A DNA stretch of 64,000 nucleotides from the human T2T-CHM13v2.0 reference genome, Homo sapiens, in the NCBI RefSeq assembly GCF_009914755.1, contig NC_060927.1; one strand, 5' to 3'. A program made the translations under genes and the position numbers. The first letter of the stretch is position 1. Every line of letters starts with the position of its first letter. Positions 39,431 through 56,179 of the stretch are shown here, one piece after another. The notes under the pieces were generated by a model. The model was not told where the DNA came from and searched no databases. It saw only the letters and a list, made by a program, of their open reading frames with translations.

Positions 39431-39667
39431 CTGTGCTTCTCAACAGGGAACGAGGCAATTATTCCCCCCAGTACAGGAGACGCTTGTCAATATCTGAAGA
39501 CATTTTTGGTGGTCACACTTCAGGGGTGCTATTGGCACATAATGAATAGAAGCTGAGGATGTTGCTTTCCACCCTACGCTGCACAGGACAGCTCTCTACC
39601 AAAAAAAAAAAAAAAAAAAAAAATTATCAGTACACAATGTCATTAGTGCCAAGGTTGAGAAACCCTG
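39431..39667. mobile_element. MER20 hAT element with an expanded internal poly(A)
   Basis: ttctcaac...gacatttttggt...gccaaggttgagaaaccctg. Confidence 0.8.
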
Positions 39668-40149
39668 ATATAAAGATGCAACCAAAGTTAAGAAAGGAGA
39701 GGAAAAGGCTGAACTTTTAAAATGTACTAAACAAGTTTATTAACTCTTTTAATTTGAAGTGCTTTTCTTCTAAGAGTTCCCAAACTTGAAGTAAATTGTC
39801 AAATCACCAGAGGATCTTCCAAGATACATAGGTGGCAGGCCTTCTCAACACCCTACTTCATACATTGGGAAATAAAGGCAAAATTACTTCACCCATTTGG
39901 CTAGGACCTGTAGAAATCAGGGTTGTGAAGACCCATTAGAATGCAGTGTTCAAGATTCTTCCACGTGGGAGGCATCATAAACTAAATCTGCTATACAGCA
40001 AGTGTGTCTTATTAGAAAAGCATTTTTAACCTCATGTTTAATTAATGAGAAGACCAAATATTGGAAATTTTAAAGGCTACTAACTTCTAAAAAATTAATT
40101 TTACACAATTGTAATTTTAATTTGTTTCCTTTAATTCAAAAATCCTTTC

Positions 40150-41650
<1,501 letters not shown>

Positions 41651-41990
41651 AGAACCCACTAATTATGTACACAGTAACCTATGTTTCCAGATTTTATGGA
41701 CACTCTACACCCTGGATTTAGAAATTTAGAGGTCACTATTTGCAAGAATGTCTTTAAGGAGGCATATTGAGAAAGAATGGGACAAGGAATAAATGCAGCA
41801 TGAGAAAGTACAAACGGGAAGGCCACATTATTTGTTCACAATGTTTTGCTGAGAAGGAGGGAGAAAACTAGTCTAGCAAAGAGGGCAGTGTAGAGTCCAA
41901 GGAAGAGGATGTGGTTTTGTAGCTACGTTACATCAGGCAATGCTCCATGCAGGAGGCTACCGCTTAGCTCACAGGTGCTGCTTTACTTAC

Positions 41991-42111
41991 TCATTCTTCA
42001 CAAAGGCATGCTTGTTGATGGTCTCCACAACATCTCTGAAGAGAATTTTTGAAGTGAGAGTGTAACCATGATGTACTACTGGCTCTCCATCTGGGCCATC
42101 CCAACAGTCAA
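41991..42111 (-). CDS. PLCH1: PLCH1 exon C (121 nt): (V)[39 protein letters not shown](E)
   Basis: Hand translation gives the PI-PLC motif DCWDG...HGxTLT. Acceptor ttttggcag|TT, donor AATGA|gtaagt. Phase 1 to 2. Confidence 0.96.
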
Positions 42112-44056
42112 CTGCCAAAAACAGAACTTTATATCAACAACCCAAAGTCTCTGGTGTTTATTAATATTTCTGGAAATACCAGACACATATTAAGTCCATT
42201 ATCTGAAATTATACCCATTTCAATCCTGACAAAGACGTGACACAGACACAGAAATCGGTGTTCTGGCATATTTATCAGAACAAGGAATTAAAGAATTGCT
42301 TTTCCTCAAGACACAATGATTTGGTTTTAAGTGTGGTTAAAAAGATGTCATATTCTTAAACAGCTCAGAATTCACCAAAAACTCATTAGAACTTATCTAA
42401 ATCCAGTCAAGTGTGCCCAAGGATAGGGAGATTTCTTGAAAGGTCATTTACCCAATTTCACTTCTTCTTCTTCTTCTTCAGGTTATGAAGGTCTTTTAGA
42501 AAGTCACAGTGTCCTTCCCAAATCAATAATATAGTTTTCATTATTGTTCACTTAGGCTCACAATGTTTTCATTAGATTGATTTTCATTTCATTAATACTA
42601 CAGTAGTTATAAAATAACATCAACTTCCTAAGTTCAAATCCTCGAGCGCTGCCAAGATTTATGTGAATTTGGGCAAATAACTTAATCATTTGAAGACTTG
42701 TTTTCCCCATCTAGAAAAGGAGAGTAATAGCACTTACATCATAAATTTGAGTGACAGTTAAATATATGTAAAGTAGCTTGTAACACTGCATGGCATATAG
42801 TAACTATGATTGTTATTGATACTATTAATATTGCTCTCTACCCACACAATCTCATTAGCTCTCAGCTGGAGAAAGACAGTAGGTTTTTCACCATCCCCCT
42901 CTGACTAAGAATTTGCTTTCTCTTGTTTTTATATTTTGCCCCCAGGCTAATTCCTCAAAACACTACTTTCACCTCATTGCTCCTTTGCTCAAAAGCCTAC
43001 TTGGTGCATAGCACAGCATCCAACACAGAGAAGTAAGTAGTCTGTAAATATATGCTAAATGGATTAATAAATATCTTACCTCATACAATAGCTCTTGCGT
43101 GCTTACCTCCAACGCCCCTGTCTCTTGTGCTAGAGCCTGGTTAATCATTCACTAACCCTGTTTCTTCTTTTATCGAGGGAACACAGCTGGACTCTATTTC
43201 CTAGCCTTCCTTTGCAGGAGGATGTGGCCAGTGAAATGTGGGCAGAAAGTATGTGCACCACTTCCAGGTATGGTTGACAGAAACCTGCTGCCTTACATAA
43301 TCATTCGTCTTCTTTCCTCTTCTGCTGTGACTTTAGAAGTGGTGAAGATGGCACAGCCACAAGATGGAAAAAGACAAAACTGCTTGAGAGATTCACCCAC
43401 TAGGAACACCTATTTTGAACTTGACATAATCAAGAAATAAACTTCAGTTGTTTTAAGGCACAGGAAATTTGAAGTTTCATTGTTAAAAGGACAATGTTGC
43501 CTTAATTACCATGCTAGCTCCTGTCTGACAATTCAATCTTACTTTCTCCTACACCCAAGCTCACAGGCTTGTTCTTCTGGTTAGGCAAATTTTCTCACAC
43601 ACATTCCCACCTCCATGTGTCTTTTCTTCTTTCTTTAAAGTCAACTGACATATCCCCTTCTCATTTTGCTTACCTAAATCCTAATCAAGGCAAAACTAGG
43701 ATCCCCCACAGAACCTCGCTAGCCCACAGGATCTCTCTTTTCCTTATGGCAAGAGGTCATCATCTCAAACACCACCAAAAGCCTAGCAGTTAATATAAAT
43801 AAGTGCAGCGGCTCAATGGGAAATGTGTGCCTGAATGAGATAACTACTTACTGTTAATCATTACTAAGTAGGAATGAGAACCTTGGTTGCCAGAACTTCT
43901 GAGGAAACTAAAATGTCTAGATTTTATTGCTGTGAATTTTCCCAATTTTTAAATACTGGCAATTAATCCATTTTTAAAACTACAATATGGGTCAAACATA
44001 AACATTTCTGCAAGCTGAATTTGCATAATGGAATGCTGATTGAAAGTCTGCCTTTA

Positions 44057-44275
44057 GAGTTCGAGACCGGCCTGGCCAACATGGTGAAACCCCTTCTCCG
44101 CTAAAAATACAAAAATTAGCTGTGTGTGGTGGCGGATGCCTGTAATCCCAGCTACTCAGGAGGCTGAGGCAGGAGAATCGCTTGAACCCGGGAGGTGGAG
44201 GATGCAGTGAGTCGAGCTCGTGACATTGCAACTCCAGCCTGGGCAACAAGAGTGAAACTCCGTCTCAAAATAAAA
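44057..44275 (+). mobile_element. 5'-truncated AluS
   Basis: Starts at the B box gagttcgagacc. TSD gaaa(g/c)tctgccttta at 44042-44056 and 44276-44290. Confidence 0.92.
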
Positions 44276-44434
44276 GAAACTCTGCCTTTAATTAGGACCA
44301 CACAGTTGTGAACCACATATGTTCTCTATTTTAGTAGCACCTTCCCCTATATGTGTGTTTTGTGTATTACCCCAGGAGATATCTCTGTTTTTCTTTTAAA
44401 ATATTCAAAATGCTCACCATAATTACAATGTGAT

Positions 44435-44841
44435 TGTAATGGTTAATTTTTCATGTCAATGAGGCTTGGCTATGATGTTCAGTTATTTGGTCAAACACCA
44501 GTCTATATGTTCTGTGAAGATATTTTAAAAATAGGATTAACATTTAAATCAGTAGGCTTTGGGTAAAGCCGATTATGCTCCACAATGTGAGTGGGCCTCG
44601 CCCAGTCAGCTGAGAGCCTTAAGAGCAAAGACTGAGGTTACCCTTCAAGGATAAATTCTCAACACTGCAACACAGAAACTGCCTGAATTCCAGCCTGCTG
44701 GCCAGCTCTACAGATTTCAGATTTGCCAACACCCACAAGCATGAGAGTCAATTCCTTAAAAATCAGACAACGAATCTCAATCTCTTGCTTTCTCTACATA
44801 TCTTATTGGTTCTGTTTCTCTGCAGAACCCCGACTAATACA
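44435..44841 (+). mobile_element. MLT2 (ERVL) solo LTR
   Basis: tgtaatggttaatttt...tattggttctgtttctctgcagaaccccgactaataca. Confidence 0.85.
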
Positions 44842-46305
44842 GCTATCTATATTAATCCACTAAACACTGGCTATTCAAATATCCCTATGGGAAAAAAATA
44901 GAAAAAATAAAAGAAGAAAAAACATTCACAGTTGATACCACAGGAATGCTAAAAACAATGTTTAAGGATAAAATGCTGTTAAGAAAACCAAAGGTTCTGA
45001 GATACTATCAGAGAGTGTCTACTATTCCTTGGGGCCTGCAAATGAGGTCATATGTATCAACAACATCTTCTCACAAGAGAAGCGTCATCCATATTTTTCC
45101 ATGTACTTGACAGTCTTTAATTTGTCTCTGGAAATAATTATGGAAAAAACTTAACAGGTGTTTCAAATAATATATAATTTTAACAATTTTTACCCTGTTT
45201 TGTGGTCCCTTCTTGGAGAAGAAAGAGCATAACAGGATTCTTCATAAAGGAACTAATAGCTTTTCCAAAAGAATGCAAAGGCGACAAAGCAATACCTTGC
45301 CCGACTTGCTTATGGTGTCTACATCAAAAATTAAAACTACACGAGTCATGAAAGAAGGCACTCTTTGGCTAGTATTTACAACATAGGCAGAATATTCATA
45401 ACTGAGGATAGGAGGTTCTCCTAATGTTCAATTTTTATATCTAATTCCATCACTTGTCTGTGAGATGAAGATAACAACATTCCCAAATGGTACTGGCATC
45501 TTAATATGTGGCATTCGTGGCCAGGTTCAAATGGCAGTGAAGTTTCCTGTAAGTGCTAATGCTGTAAATGGGAATGTTGGCAAGGTAGAAATCCTCTGTC
45601 CAATTCCCCTGCTCATAAAAGAGCCGGGGCCCATTTTTCAATCAGGTTACACACTATGGAACCCCAAAAGCAAAGCAACTCCAACAAAGATTTAGCCATT
45701 CTGAAGGCCAAATAGCTAACATGACAGCTTTTCATAATGGAGCTTAAAGACGTTCCACCCTGATAGCACTCCCAGAGATAACTGGAGAAGTCATAAACCG
45801 ATTACAACAGCAATGCAACATCAGTCCCATAATGAGAATGAAAATCCCCTGGACAGAACATCCATATTTATTAAGCAACTCAGGCTGAAAATCAAGCGAA
45901 TAAAAGGCCATGTAAAAATGTTATCCATTTGATTTGCTGACAAGCCCACCTCACCAAAAAGACTTATTGCTCTTCCTCAAGACACTGTGTACATATCCTG
46001 ACTAAGGACATTATTGCAGCTGAACTAATGGAGATGGAAAACATAACATTACCAAAATAGAAGCTTGAAAGTAGAGAGAACCTCCAGGTCACAATAGTGT
46101 GAAAATACTGTAGAATCATTCTTCTCCATCTCTCAAGTGCTACACTTAGCAAAAGCTGCTTCAGAAAACAGCTGTGGGACCTGAAATTTTCAACCCATGA
46201 CCGGCTACATTCTATAAATTGTGTTCTTTAAATTCTAACTGCAGCTGTTTAAGAATAAAAATACCTTCATCTGGCCACATGGCAGATAAAATGCCACTAG
46301 GTATA

Positions 46306-46742
46306 CAGCAGTACCCCTTTATCCTCGGGAGATAAATTCTAAGGCTCCCGGTAGATGCCTGAAACTGCAAAGTACTGAACCTTATACATACACCCTTGTT
46401 TTTTTCCTACATATACATACCTATAATAAAGTTTAGTTTATAGATTAGGTCAGTAAGATATTCACAATAACTAATAGTAAAACAGAACAATTATACTGCA
46501 ATAAAAGTTATGTGAATGTGGTTTCTCTCTCAAGATATTTTACTGTATCACCTTTCCTCTTGTGGTGAAGAAGGGACAGAGTAGGACGGTGTGAGATTTC
46601 ATCACACTACTTAGAATGGTACACAACTTAAAACTTATATGTTGTTTCTCTCTGGAATTTCTATTTAATATTTTCGGGGTGCAGCTGACCATGGCTAACT
46701 GAAACCATGGAAAATGAAACCGCAGATAAGAGGAGACTACTA
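46306..46742 (-). mobile_element. MER44B/Tigger7-family element
   Basis: TA|cagcagtacccctttatcc...gataagaggagactac, TA-flanked. Similar to the element at 5896-6197. Confidence 0.78.
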
Positions 46743-49021
46743 TACACACACTGGTGTCTCTGTGCCCAAGCTTCAAATGTGGACTAAGGTCTTCAAATCA
46801 CAGGACTGACAGATATTGTTAGGAGGACCACAGAGATCATGTCACCAAATGCTAAGCCTTCAGGAACATCTAAATATTTAGGTGGTAGGCCTAATCACAA
46901 ATGAAGCAAATTCCTCCTTTTAATGCCAACCTCCCCTCTATGTTGTGCTCCTCACTTTCTCTGGCCATCCTTATATGACCTGACAGCCTCATTCAATTCC
47001 TTAGGGCTGGTCATGTCATTCAATGCTTGCTCCTCCAAAAACACACAGACTTTCTGGAGAACAGTGCAATTCAACAGTCAGACCAACCTGAGTTCAAATC
47101 CCAGCTTCCAAGCTTCCTAACCTCGGGAACTTAAGCCATTTATTTAACTATGAGTTGAATCTCTTAAGAAGAGATTATTCCCTCTTTCTTGGTGGTGTTA
47201 TAAGAATTAAATGAGAATGCACGGAAAACACTTAGCCAGGACCTGGTCCACTAAAGTTGCTAAAATCATAGTAGGTCCTCTTTTCCTTCCTACAATACAT
47301 TCAAATCCAAGGTGACAACCACTATTTCCAATAAGAAATAGGTCAAACACACAAAAACAAAATGAACAAACAAATACAAAGAAATAGGTCAAATGCAAAG
47401 CTGGCCAAGTCTCTGAGATAAATATAATTATTCTCCTCAAGAAAAACATTCCAGAAATAGTAGTTCAACTTCTATTGTCCAGTTATAGATTATTCTAATA
47501 ATAAGAACTTTAAGCCAAATACTAGGGAAAGAATTTACTGATGCAAGCTGGTGAGGAAGATATTTGGGAGCATATAAAAAATTGCATATCCTTTAAAATT
47601 ATACCATAGCTGTGCATAGCCTCGTTTGTACAAGTATCTGGAGAAGGTAACCTTTTGGACATACAGAGCCAAGTAGCTTCTTTATATTACAGCAGCGACT
47701 GGAAAACAGGAAGTAAGAAGGTACAAGAGAAGGCTCTTGTTCAATGTCATCTACTGCACACAATTTCCAAAAGCTCCCATTTTAGAATTAAAAGACTACT
47801 GGAAAAGCAACAACTAAAAATCATGTGTACTTTATCATGAATTATCTTAATCAGATAACTTTCCTTCTTAATACCCCAAACAAAGCTGGAGGTTTAGAAG
47901 TTTTGAGTCGGTATAAGGAATTAATGACAGAAACATGGTTAGGCTTGGGTAGGATACTGATTTTGGACAGGTAAACCAAAAAGAGAAGCCTAGGTATCTG
48001 AAAGAACTGAAAAGCAAAAGAAATAGAGCAGAAGAGACAGAATTAACAAAGTTGTAAAATTGTCTAGAGTTGACTGTCACTTCATGGAGTCACTAAAAGT
48101 CATTTTCTGTACTTGAACCTCCAAGAAAATGTCACTATTTACAATGATAGGCAACCATCAGTGTGAATCCAATGAGGCTGTGTGCTCAGGGCATCTCTAT
48201 GCATGCCAGACATGAAAACTTGTTGAGTGCTAAGCAAACAAAGGGCTGAATAATGGCTGAGAGCAGAATGTCACCTTGAGACCTCTTACTGCTTGAAAGG
48301 ATTTTCTTCCTCTTAATATTTTATAGCATCTTCATTATTCAGTTGTTTAAGCTACTCAATTGTTAATCACTATTGCTGGTATGTACTCTCTGCAACTATT
48401 GCAAAAATACTATTGAACGACTAAATTTACAGAGCATTCAATTTGTAGTCATCCTAATGTTTCTGTATGCAGGTAGTTTTTAATACCTGCCCATTTTTTA
48501 AGCATGTTGATTTACCTTAATAACATTACTGTCACTTTTGTAGCAGAAAATTCAAGCTAGAAACTATCTGACAAAGAAAGGCCCTTCCAGTTAAGCAGTC
48601 TTATCTCATTGTCCTACTGCTTTATTCATTGCCCTGCACTTTCCACCATGCCTAGGAAAACCAGTCATCCCACTGCTGACTCCCAGCACATTCCCCACCA
48701 AAATCAAAAGACAATTCCCTGTGACTCATGGCATCTCCATTCAATCATAAACCAACTCCCTTTTATCTTCAGACTCCCTTTGGAATTCTCCTCAACCTCC
48801 TTACCCTGGCTAAGCACCAGCTTACCTTCGAGGGCACTACTTCCTTTCTCCAAGGATGCTCTTTTGTATAAATCACAGAAGATTTAGATATAAACCAAAA
48901 GGCATTATCTATGCCTTTACTGCTACTTTTAAATGATTGTTCTTCTACACTCATTAAAAAATCTCTCCTCTTTTGAAGCTTATTCTATCCAGCTATACCT
49001 TTCTGGCATCTTCTAATCACC

Positions 49022-49703
49022 TTTTCTTTTTTTTTAATTATTATTTCTTATTATTATTATACTTTAAGTTTTAGGGTACATGTGCACATTGTGCAGGTTA
49101 GTTACATATGTATACATGTGCCATGCTGGTGCGCTGCACCCACTAACTCATCATCTAGCATTAGGTATATCTCCCAGTGCTATCCCTCCCCCCCTCCCCC
49201 CACCCCACAACAGTCCCCAGAGTGTGATGTTCCCCTTCCTGTGTCCATGTGCTCTCATTGTTCAATTCCCACCTATGAGTGAGAATATGCGGAGTTTGGT
49301 TTTTTGTTCTTGCGATAGTTTCCTGAGAATGATGATTTCCAATTTCATCCATGTCCCTACAAAGGACATGAACTCATCATTTTTTATGGCTGCATAGTAT
49401 TCCATGGTGTATATGTGCCACATTTTCTTAATCCAGTCTATCATTGTTGGACATTTGGGTTGGTTCCAAGCCTTTGCTATTGTGAATAATGCCGCAATAA
49501 ACATACGTGTGCATGTGTCTTTATAGCAGCATGATTTATAGTCCTTTGGGCATATACCCAGTAATGGGATGGCTGGGTCAAATGGTATTTCTAGTTCTAG
49601 ATCCCTGAGGAATCGCCACACTGACTTCCACAATGGTTGAACTAGTTTACAGTCCCACCAACAGTGTAAAAGTGTTCCTATTTCTCCACATCCTCTCCAG
49701 TAC
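49022..49703 (-). mobile_element. 5'-truncated L1PA2-like 3' fragment (about 680 bp)
   Basis: L1 3'UTR with gggagatatacctaatgctagatga and gagttagtggg, plus ORF2 C-terminus (ORF 49262..49768). Abuts the T-tract of the adjacent Alu. Confidence 0.92.
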
Positions 49704-49991
<288 letters not shown>

Positions 49992-51835
49992 ACATTGTTT
50001 TTATACTTAAGTGTCTGGTTTATAGTTTTAATCTCCAATCTGCTCCTGTCTGCATACTTTGTAAATTAAAACACCATGTAGCCTTCTATTTAATCCCTTA
50101 GCACTGACCTCCTCCAGGCCAATAATCCCTTGCTTCACTCTGTTTCCATGATGCTCACCCATGACACAATCTGGAAATTGTCACCTGTGACTAAATCCCA
50201 TTGCAATGACAGCTCTGTTCTCATTTTCTTAAAGTGTGATGACAACTTTCCACATTTTTCTATTTATTTGAGTCTTCTAGTCTCTTAATCTTATTTTATG
50301 GCCCCCTATCCACTTCGCTTCCTTTCCTAGAACCATGGAGCCCCTGTCAGTTACTTATAAGAGCTCTCACCAATACCTTGAAGATATTTAATATGATCTA
50401 GAAATCCCGAGACTTGGATCAATTCCATAATCTGTCTTCACTACTTCTCTAAGCAGATGAGTACTGCTGGGGATGGGATCAAAGGGAGTCTAAGCATCCA
50501 GATTTTGAATCAGTAAAGACTGTTTTTGAAATCAGCTTGGGCTTCCCTGACTTACCTTGTCAATTCCTTTCCCATTCTCTGATGACTTCTTTAACAATTT
50601 GCTGATTTTAAGCCCTGTGGCCAATCTCCACTCACTTTATACTGAGTGGATGATGTTCTCTCCTACTTCTCTGAGAAAACAGGCATGCGCCCTTTCAAAA
50701 ATCTCTTGTCCCCTTTATTCCACCTGAAAACAAACCTATATTATTTCCCCCACTTCCAAGTCTCAAAGTTGCCCCCCAGCCTATATCATCAAACATTTGG
50801 ATGCAGAAAAATGCCCAGTCACCAATCGACAGCAGGTAACCAACTGCCCACTAACATATCACCAACCTACATAGCAAAGGCCACCAACAATTCCCTGCTG
50901 TCAAATACAACTAAATTGGATACTTAGTTTTATTTTATTTTTCTGTTCCCTGTGGCATTTCTGGCTATTCCTTTCTAACCCTTTCATCCTTTAGATCCAA
51001 GTACTCCTGTTCTCTGCACTGGCCTTGCTGGCTCCCCTTGTGCTCCCTACTCCTAATCGTTGTATTGCTGAAGTCCTCAGGCCTCTTCCTCTTTTCCCCT
51101 TCTCTCTGTAAGTGATCTTGTACACTTCCATGATTTTAACTACCACATACCAAGTTCAGCATTTTGGAATCCTTATCTTGCCCAGACTCTTCATTAAGTT
51201 CAGACATTGTTATCCAAATGACTGATAAAGATGTCCACATACATGTTACAAAATCAATCTAAATTCAGCAGATGGAAAACTGGACTCATTTAGACTCTTG
51301 TTCTCAGATTCCCTATAGTATGGAGTGGCACCATCCACCTTCTAGCTCTCCCCTTCGTTCCTTTTATTCTTTTCTCTCACCAGTTTCCACTAAGTTTACC
51401 TCTTCAATACTGCATCCTTAACATCATCTCTTTCTCACTTAGTCCAAGATTTTGGAATCCTCCCTTGGATTCACTGTGATAGCCTTCCCACCAACTTCCT
51501 GCTTCCAGTTTCACCTCCCTTCTCCCTCCACAAACACACATGTCAAAAAAAAAAAAAACTTTTAAAATTATCCTTTCACACTGTTGCCCAAATAATCTTT
51601 CTCAACTGCAAATCTGATCATATCACTATAGATATTAAAACCTTTCACTGGCCCCTCATTACCAAAAACTAAAATGAAATTCCTCACCATAGCACTCAAA
51701 ACCCTTTACAGCTGACCCTCAGCTCCCTTCCTAGCCTAACTGATTTCTCATCACATTTTACCTCGCACTTCATTCTCTATACCACCACTTCTATACCATT
51801 GTATATCAACCAACCGGTGAAATTTTCACATTGTT

Positions 51836-52021
51836 TCTCTCTCTCTGTCTCTCTCTCTCTCTCACAGGTGGGGTCTCACTGTGTTGCTCAGACTGGAATG
51901 CAATAGCTATTCACAGGCACAATCACAGCACACTGCAGCTTTGAACTCCTGGTCCCAAGCAATCCTCCCACCTCAGCCTCCCAGGTAGCTAAAACTATAG
52001 GTGTACAATACCATGCCTGGT
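51836..52021 (-). mobile_element. FRAM/AluJ right monomer with (CT)n tail, within L2 remnants
   Basis: gggtctcactgtgttgctcagactgg...ccatgcctgg. Confidence 0.75.
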
Positions 52022-52192
52022 TTATATTATTTTATAAAAAAAATGTTCATCCCTTCTACTAGACTGTGAACTCCCTGAAGACAGAATTCATATTTTACTT
52101 ACTCCTGTATACTCACCACCTGGAACCCACTAGAAGTTTAATAAATGTTGGCTAATTGATAGACCATGAAGTATCCTAAAAACAAAGAGCTT

Positions 52193-52504
<312 letters not shown>

Positions 52505-52824
52505 TAAAAACAAAGAGCTCTCCTGAACTATTTTTGCAATTGTATAATTAAAGATATCTTTCTAGGAAGACTTTAATTTTCATCATAATTTCTCAGCAAC
52601 TAACGGTATGCTTCACAACTGCTAACACAGATCTCTTTCTCCCAATTGAACAATAAGGAGCCAGAGAGAATTATGAGTTAAGATTGACTTTACAATGAGC
52701 AGAAAAGTAGTACTAATTAGTGTGAGAGTGTGTTTTAGGTCTCCATTCTTTATACTAGACTCGACAGACTGATTAAAGGACAGGGTCACCCATACACACC
52801 GGAGCTCAGAAAAAGTGCACGTAC

Positions 52825-53028
52825 CTTCCACACAGCGACAGCCCTCTTGCAGCACCCGTGCATACATATCCACTTTGGACTGAGAAAGGAGCTGGTCTCC
52901 AGTCAGGTATGTATTGTGAGAGGAAGCAATGTAGTAGTTGCAGAGGGGCTGATCCATGTCTTGGTACACTTCATGGTGCAATGGGTTAAATATGTCACAG
53001 GCAGGACTACGCATGAAGTTCGTGAAGC
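52825..53028 (-). CDS. PLCH1: PLCH1 exon B (204 nt): (G)[67 protein letters not shown](V), start of catalytic X box
   Basis: PI-PLC motifs QDMxQPLxxYYIxSSHNTYL and GCRCVE. Acceptor ttcttccaaag|GC, donor GAAG|gtacgt. Phase 1-1. Lies within ORF 52622..53098. Confidence 0.97.
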
Positions 53029-53194
53029 CTTTGGAAGAAAGAGAGTGACTTACTACAGCTTTCAAAGCATATATACTTAATGGCTCTAAGAGGGGCAAAA
53101 GGGGTCAAAAAATGTTCATAATGATTATCTTATTTACCCTCAGGATGGCATTTGTGGGGAAAACTGGAGCAATGAGAGATTTGCTTGAGGTCAA

Positions 53195-53943
<749 letters not shown>

Positions 53944-54007
53944 GTCAAATAGACAGTGTCAAAAAATGAAATGTGACTTTTAGGAATAGCCTTTTAAATA
54001 TAACCTA

Positions 54008-54246
54008 ATATATATATACATATATATATGTATATATACATATATATGTATATATACATATATATGTATATATACATATATACACATACATATATACACG
54101 TATATACACATATATATACACATATATATACATATATATACGTATATATACACATATATATACATATATATACGTATATATACACGTATATATACATATA
54201 TATACGTGTATATATACACACATATATATATGTGTGTATATATATG
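54008..54246. repeat. Complex (TA)n microsatellite with CA/TG/CG interruptions (about 240 bp)
   Basis: Directly visible. Confidence 0.95.
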
Positions 54247-54922
54247 TTGACTTTTTAAGAATTTTGACTAGGTAGAGGAGGGGCCAAGCTGTTTAGTGAT
54301 GACTGAACTCAAGTTATGCTTATGCAGTGTGACTGATGCCATGTTAAAACCATAGTGATACCAAGAGGTACCCTGAACAACCAGCAATTGATAGGTTATT
54401 ACGTTCATCTGAAAAACAGTAAAGTCAGTGCCATAGTTAAGGTAGTAAGCCAAAAGTTAAACACTGTCTAAATTCAGGGTGTGATTGACAACCAAATTGG
54501 TTTGAAAAAAATGCTGCTAATGGCTGGCACATTTTATAACTTTGAAATAGTCCTTTAAGATTATTTAGAAAACCCTATCAGTTTTTTTACAATCTTTCAA
54601 AATATAATGCCTGGGTCAAAGAGGTTTTCACTAATATAACAAATAAATACATGGATGACTCACAAGTACCTAAATAGAATAATTATTAGGGTAAATTATT
54701 TCAAGTTTTCAAAAATCATTTGGTATAATTATATTTGTAAATATCCTCAGAGACTTAATTTCTTCATGCCAACTTTTATGTCCATAACTTAGGAAACCAG
54801 GTTTAATTCCATCTTTTCAGGCCTCACCAAAGAAAAGATTCATTTCTTAGCACAGAAAAGGCCCAAGTTAGTTTATCATCTCTGGTTGTTTTTAAAACAG
54901 TTTTTAATGATATAAGATTTTA

Positions 54923-55225
54923 TTTTATTTTATTATTTTATTTTTTGAGACAGAGTCTCATTCTGTCACCCAGGTTGAAATGCAGTGGCACGGTCTCGGC
55001 TCACTGCAACCTCCACCTCCCAGGCTCAAGGGACTCTCGTGCCTCAGTTTCCTGAGTAGCTGGGATTACAGGCATGCGCCACCATGCCCAGCTAATTTTT
55101 GTATTTTTAGTAGAGATGGGGTTTCACCATGTTGGCCAGGCTGGTCTCAAACTCCTGGCCTCAAGTGATCCCCCTCCCTCAGCCTCCCAAAGTGCTGATT
55201 ACAGGTGTGAGCCACCACACCCGGC
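54923..55225 (-). mobile_element. AluS
   Basis: TSD taatgat(a/c)taagatttta at 54905-54922 and 55226-55243. Confidence 0.93.
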
Positions 55226-56085
55226 TAATGATCTAAGATTTTAAATTATTCCTCTTCACTTTAATTACCTACCACCACAGGAAGTAAATAGATGGTATTA
55301 AACCCCCCTTGTTCACACTGATCTGGGAGCAGAAGAAATGAGGGGGCCAACGGTCAAAATTGGTGAGATAAACCATGGCTTTGCATGCTCTTATAGGCAG
55401 CTGGTCTTTCATTAAAGATCATCTGCTCTGCCTGAAAGATCCTCCTCTTGGGTGGCAGCCTACATAGTATTTCTTTACATATTTTAAATACATATACATA
55501 CATGTAGCTATATTTCTGCCATATTATTTACGTCTAACATTTCAGGAGCTAGATTCTGGGTATATAACTGTGGGCAAATTATTTAACTTATTTGAGCCTC
55601 ACTTCCTCAACTAAAAAATGAAGTCATTGTATTAATGAGATTTGTGGTTCCAACAGCTTCTGCAAAGCTACCAATTAGGAAATACAGTCAGTGCTACCAT
55701 TTTAAAGGAAACATGGCAAGTCACTAGTCTCAGGGATAACTTATTTTAGGACTGAATTTCCCTTCATGAAATTATCAGACTAATTTCCAAAAATTAGCCA
55801 GTTGAGAAAAGCCCAAATATGTCATGGCATCCATCACACGTGGTGGTACCAGGTAGACTTGCTTGAAGTGGAAAATGCTTATGGGCATTGCAAAAGTAAG
55901 AGAAATAGCAACATCATGGTCTTTGCTTTGCAGGAAAATATATGTGTGTTGTAGATTTTGTTTGAATTATTTATTAATATAATCCCATGGATATGTCCTG
56001 ATTTCTTTTCCTAAAAACTTTTGCTGGAATTTAACTTAACAGGCTGAATCAAGAAATGAGAAATAAAGAATATTGGTTATTTTAC

Positions 56086-56179
56086 CTTCTATGCCAAGAA
56101 CATTTTTCACCTTATTTTCTTCTGAAACTTCAAACTTCTTTATGATGTCAAGACAATAGTCCGTTGTCACATTATTCAT
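56086..56179 (-). CDS. PLCH1: PLCH1 internal coding exon A (94 nt): MNNVTTDYCLDIIKKFEVSEENKVKNVLGIE(G), EF-hand-like region
   Basis: Minus strand reads ttttcttag|ATGAAT...ATAGAAG|gtaaaa. Phase 0 to 1, in frame with exon B. Peptide matches PLC-eta1 as I recall it. Confidence 0.95.

Noticed and set aside
45465-45695. 76-aa plus-strand ORF with protein-like composition
   Set aside because: No recognisable family, no exon or processed-pseudogene hallmarks, and a length expected by chance.
53980-54258. Several Y/I/C/V-rich ORFs
   Set aside because: Translations of the (TA)n microsatellite.
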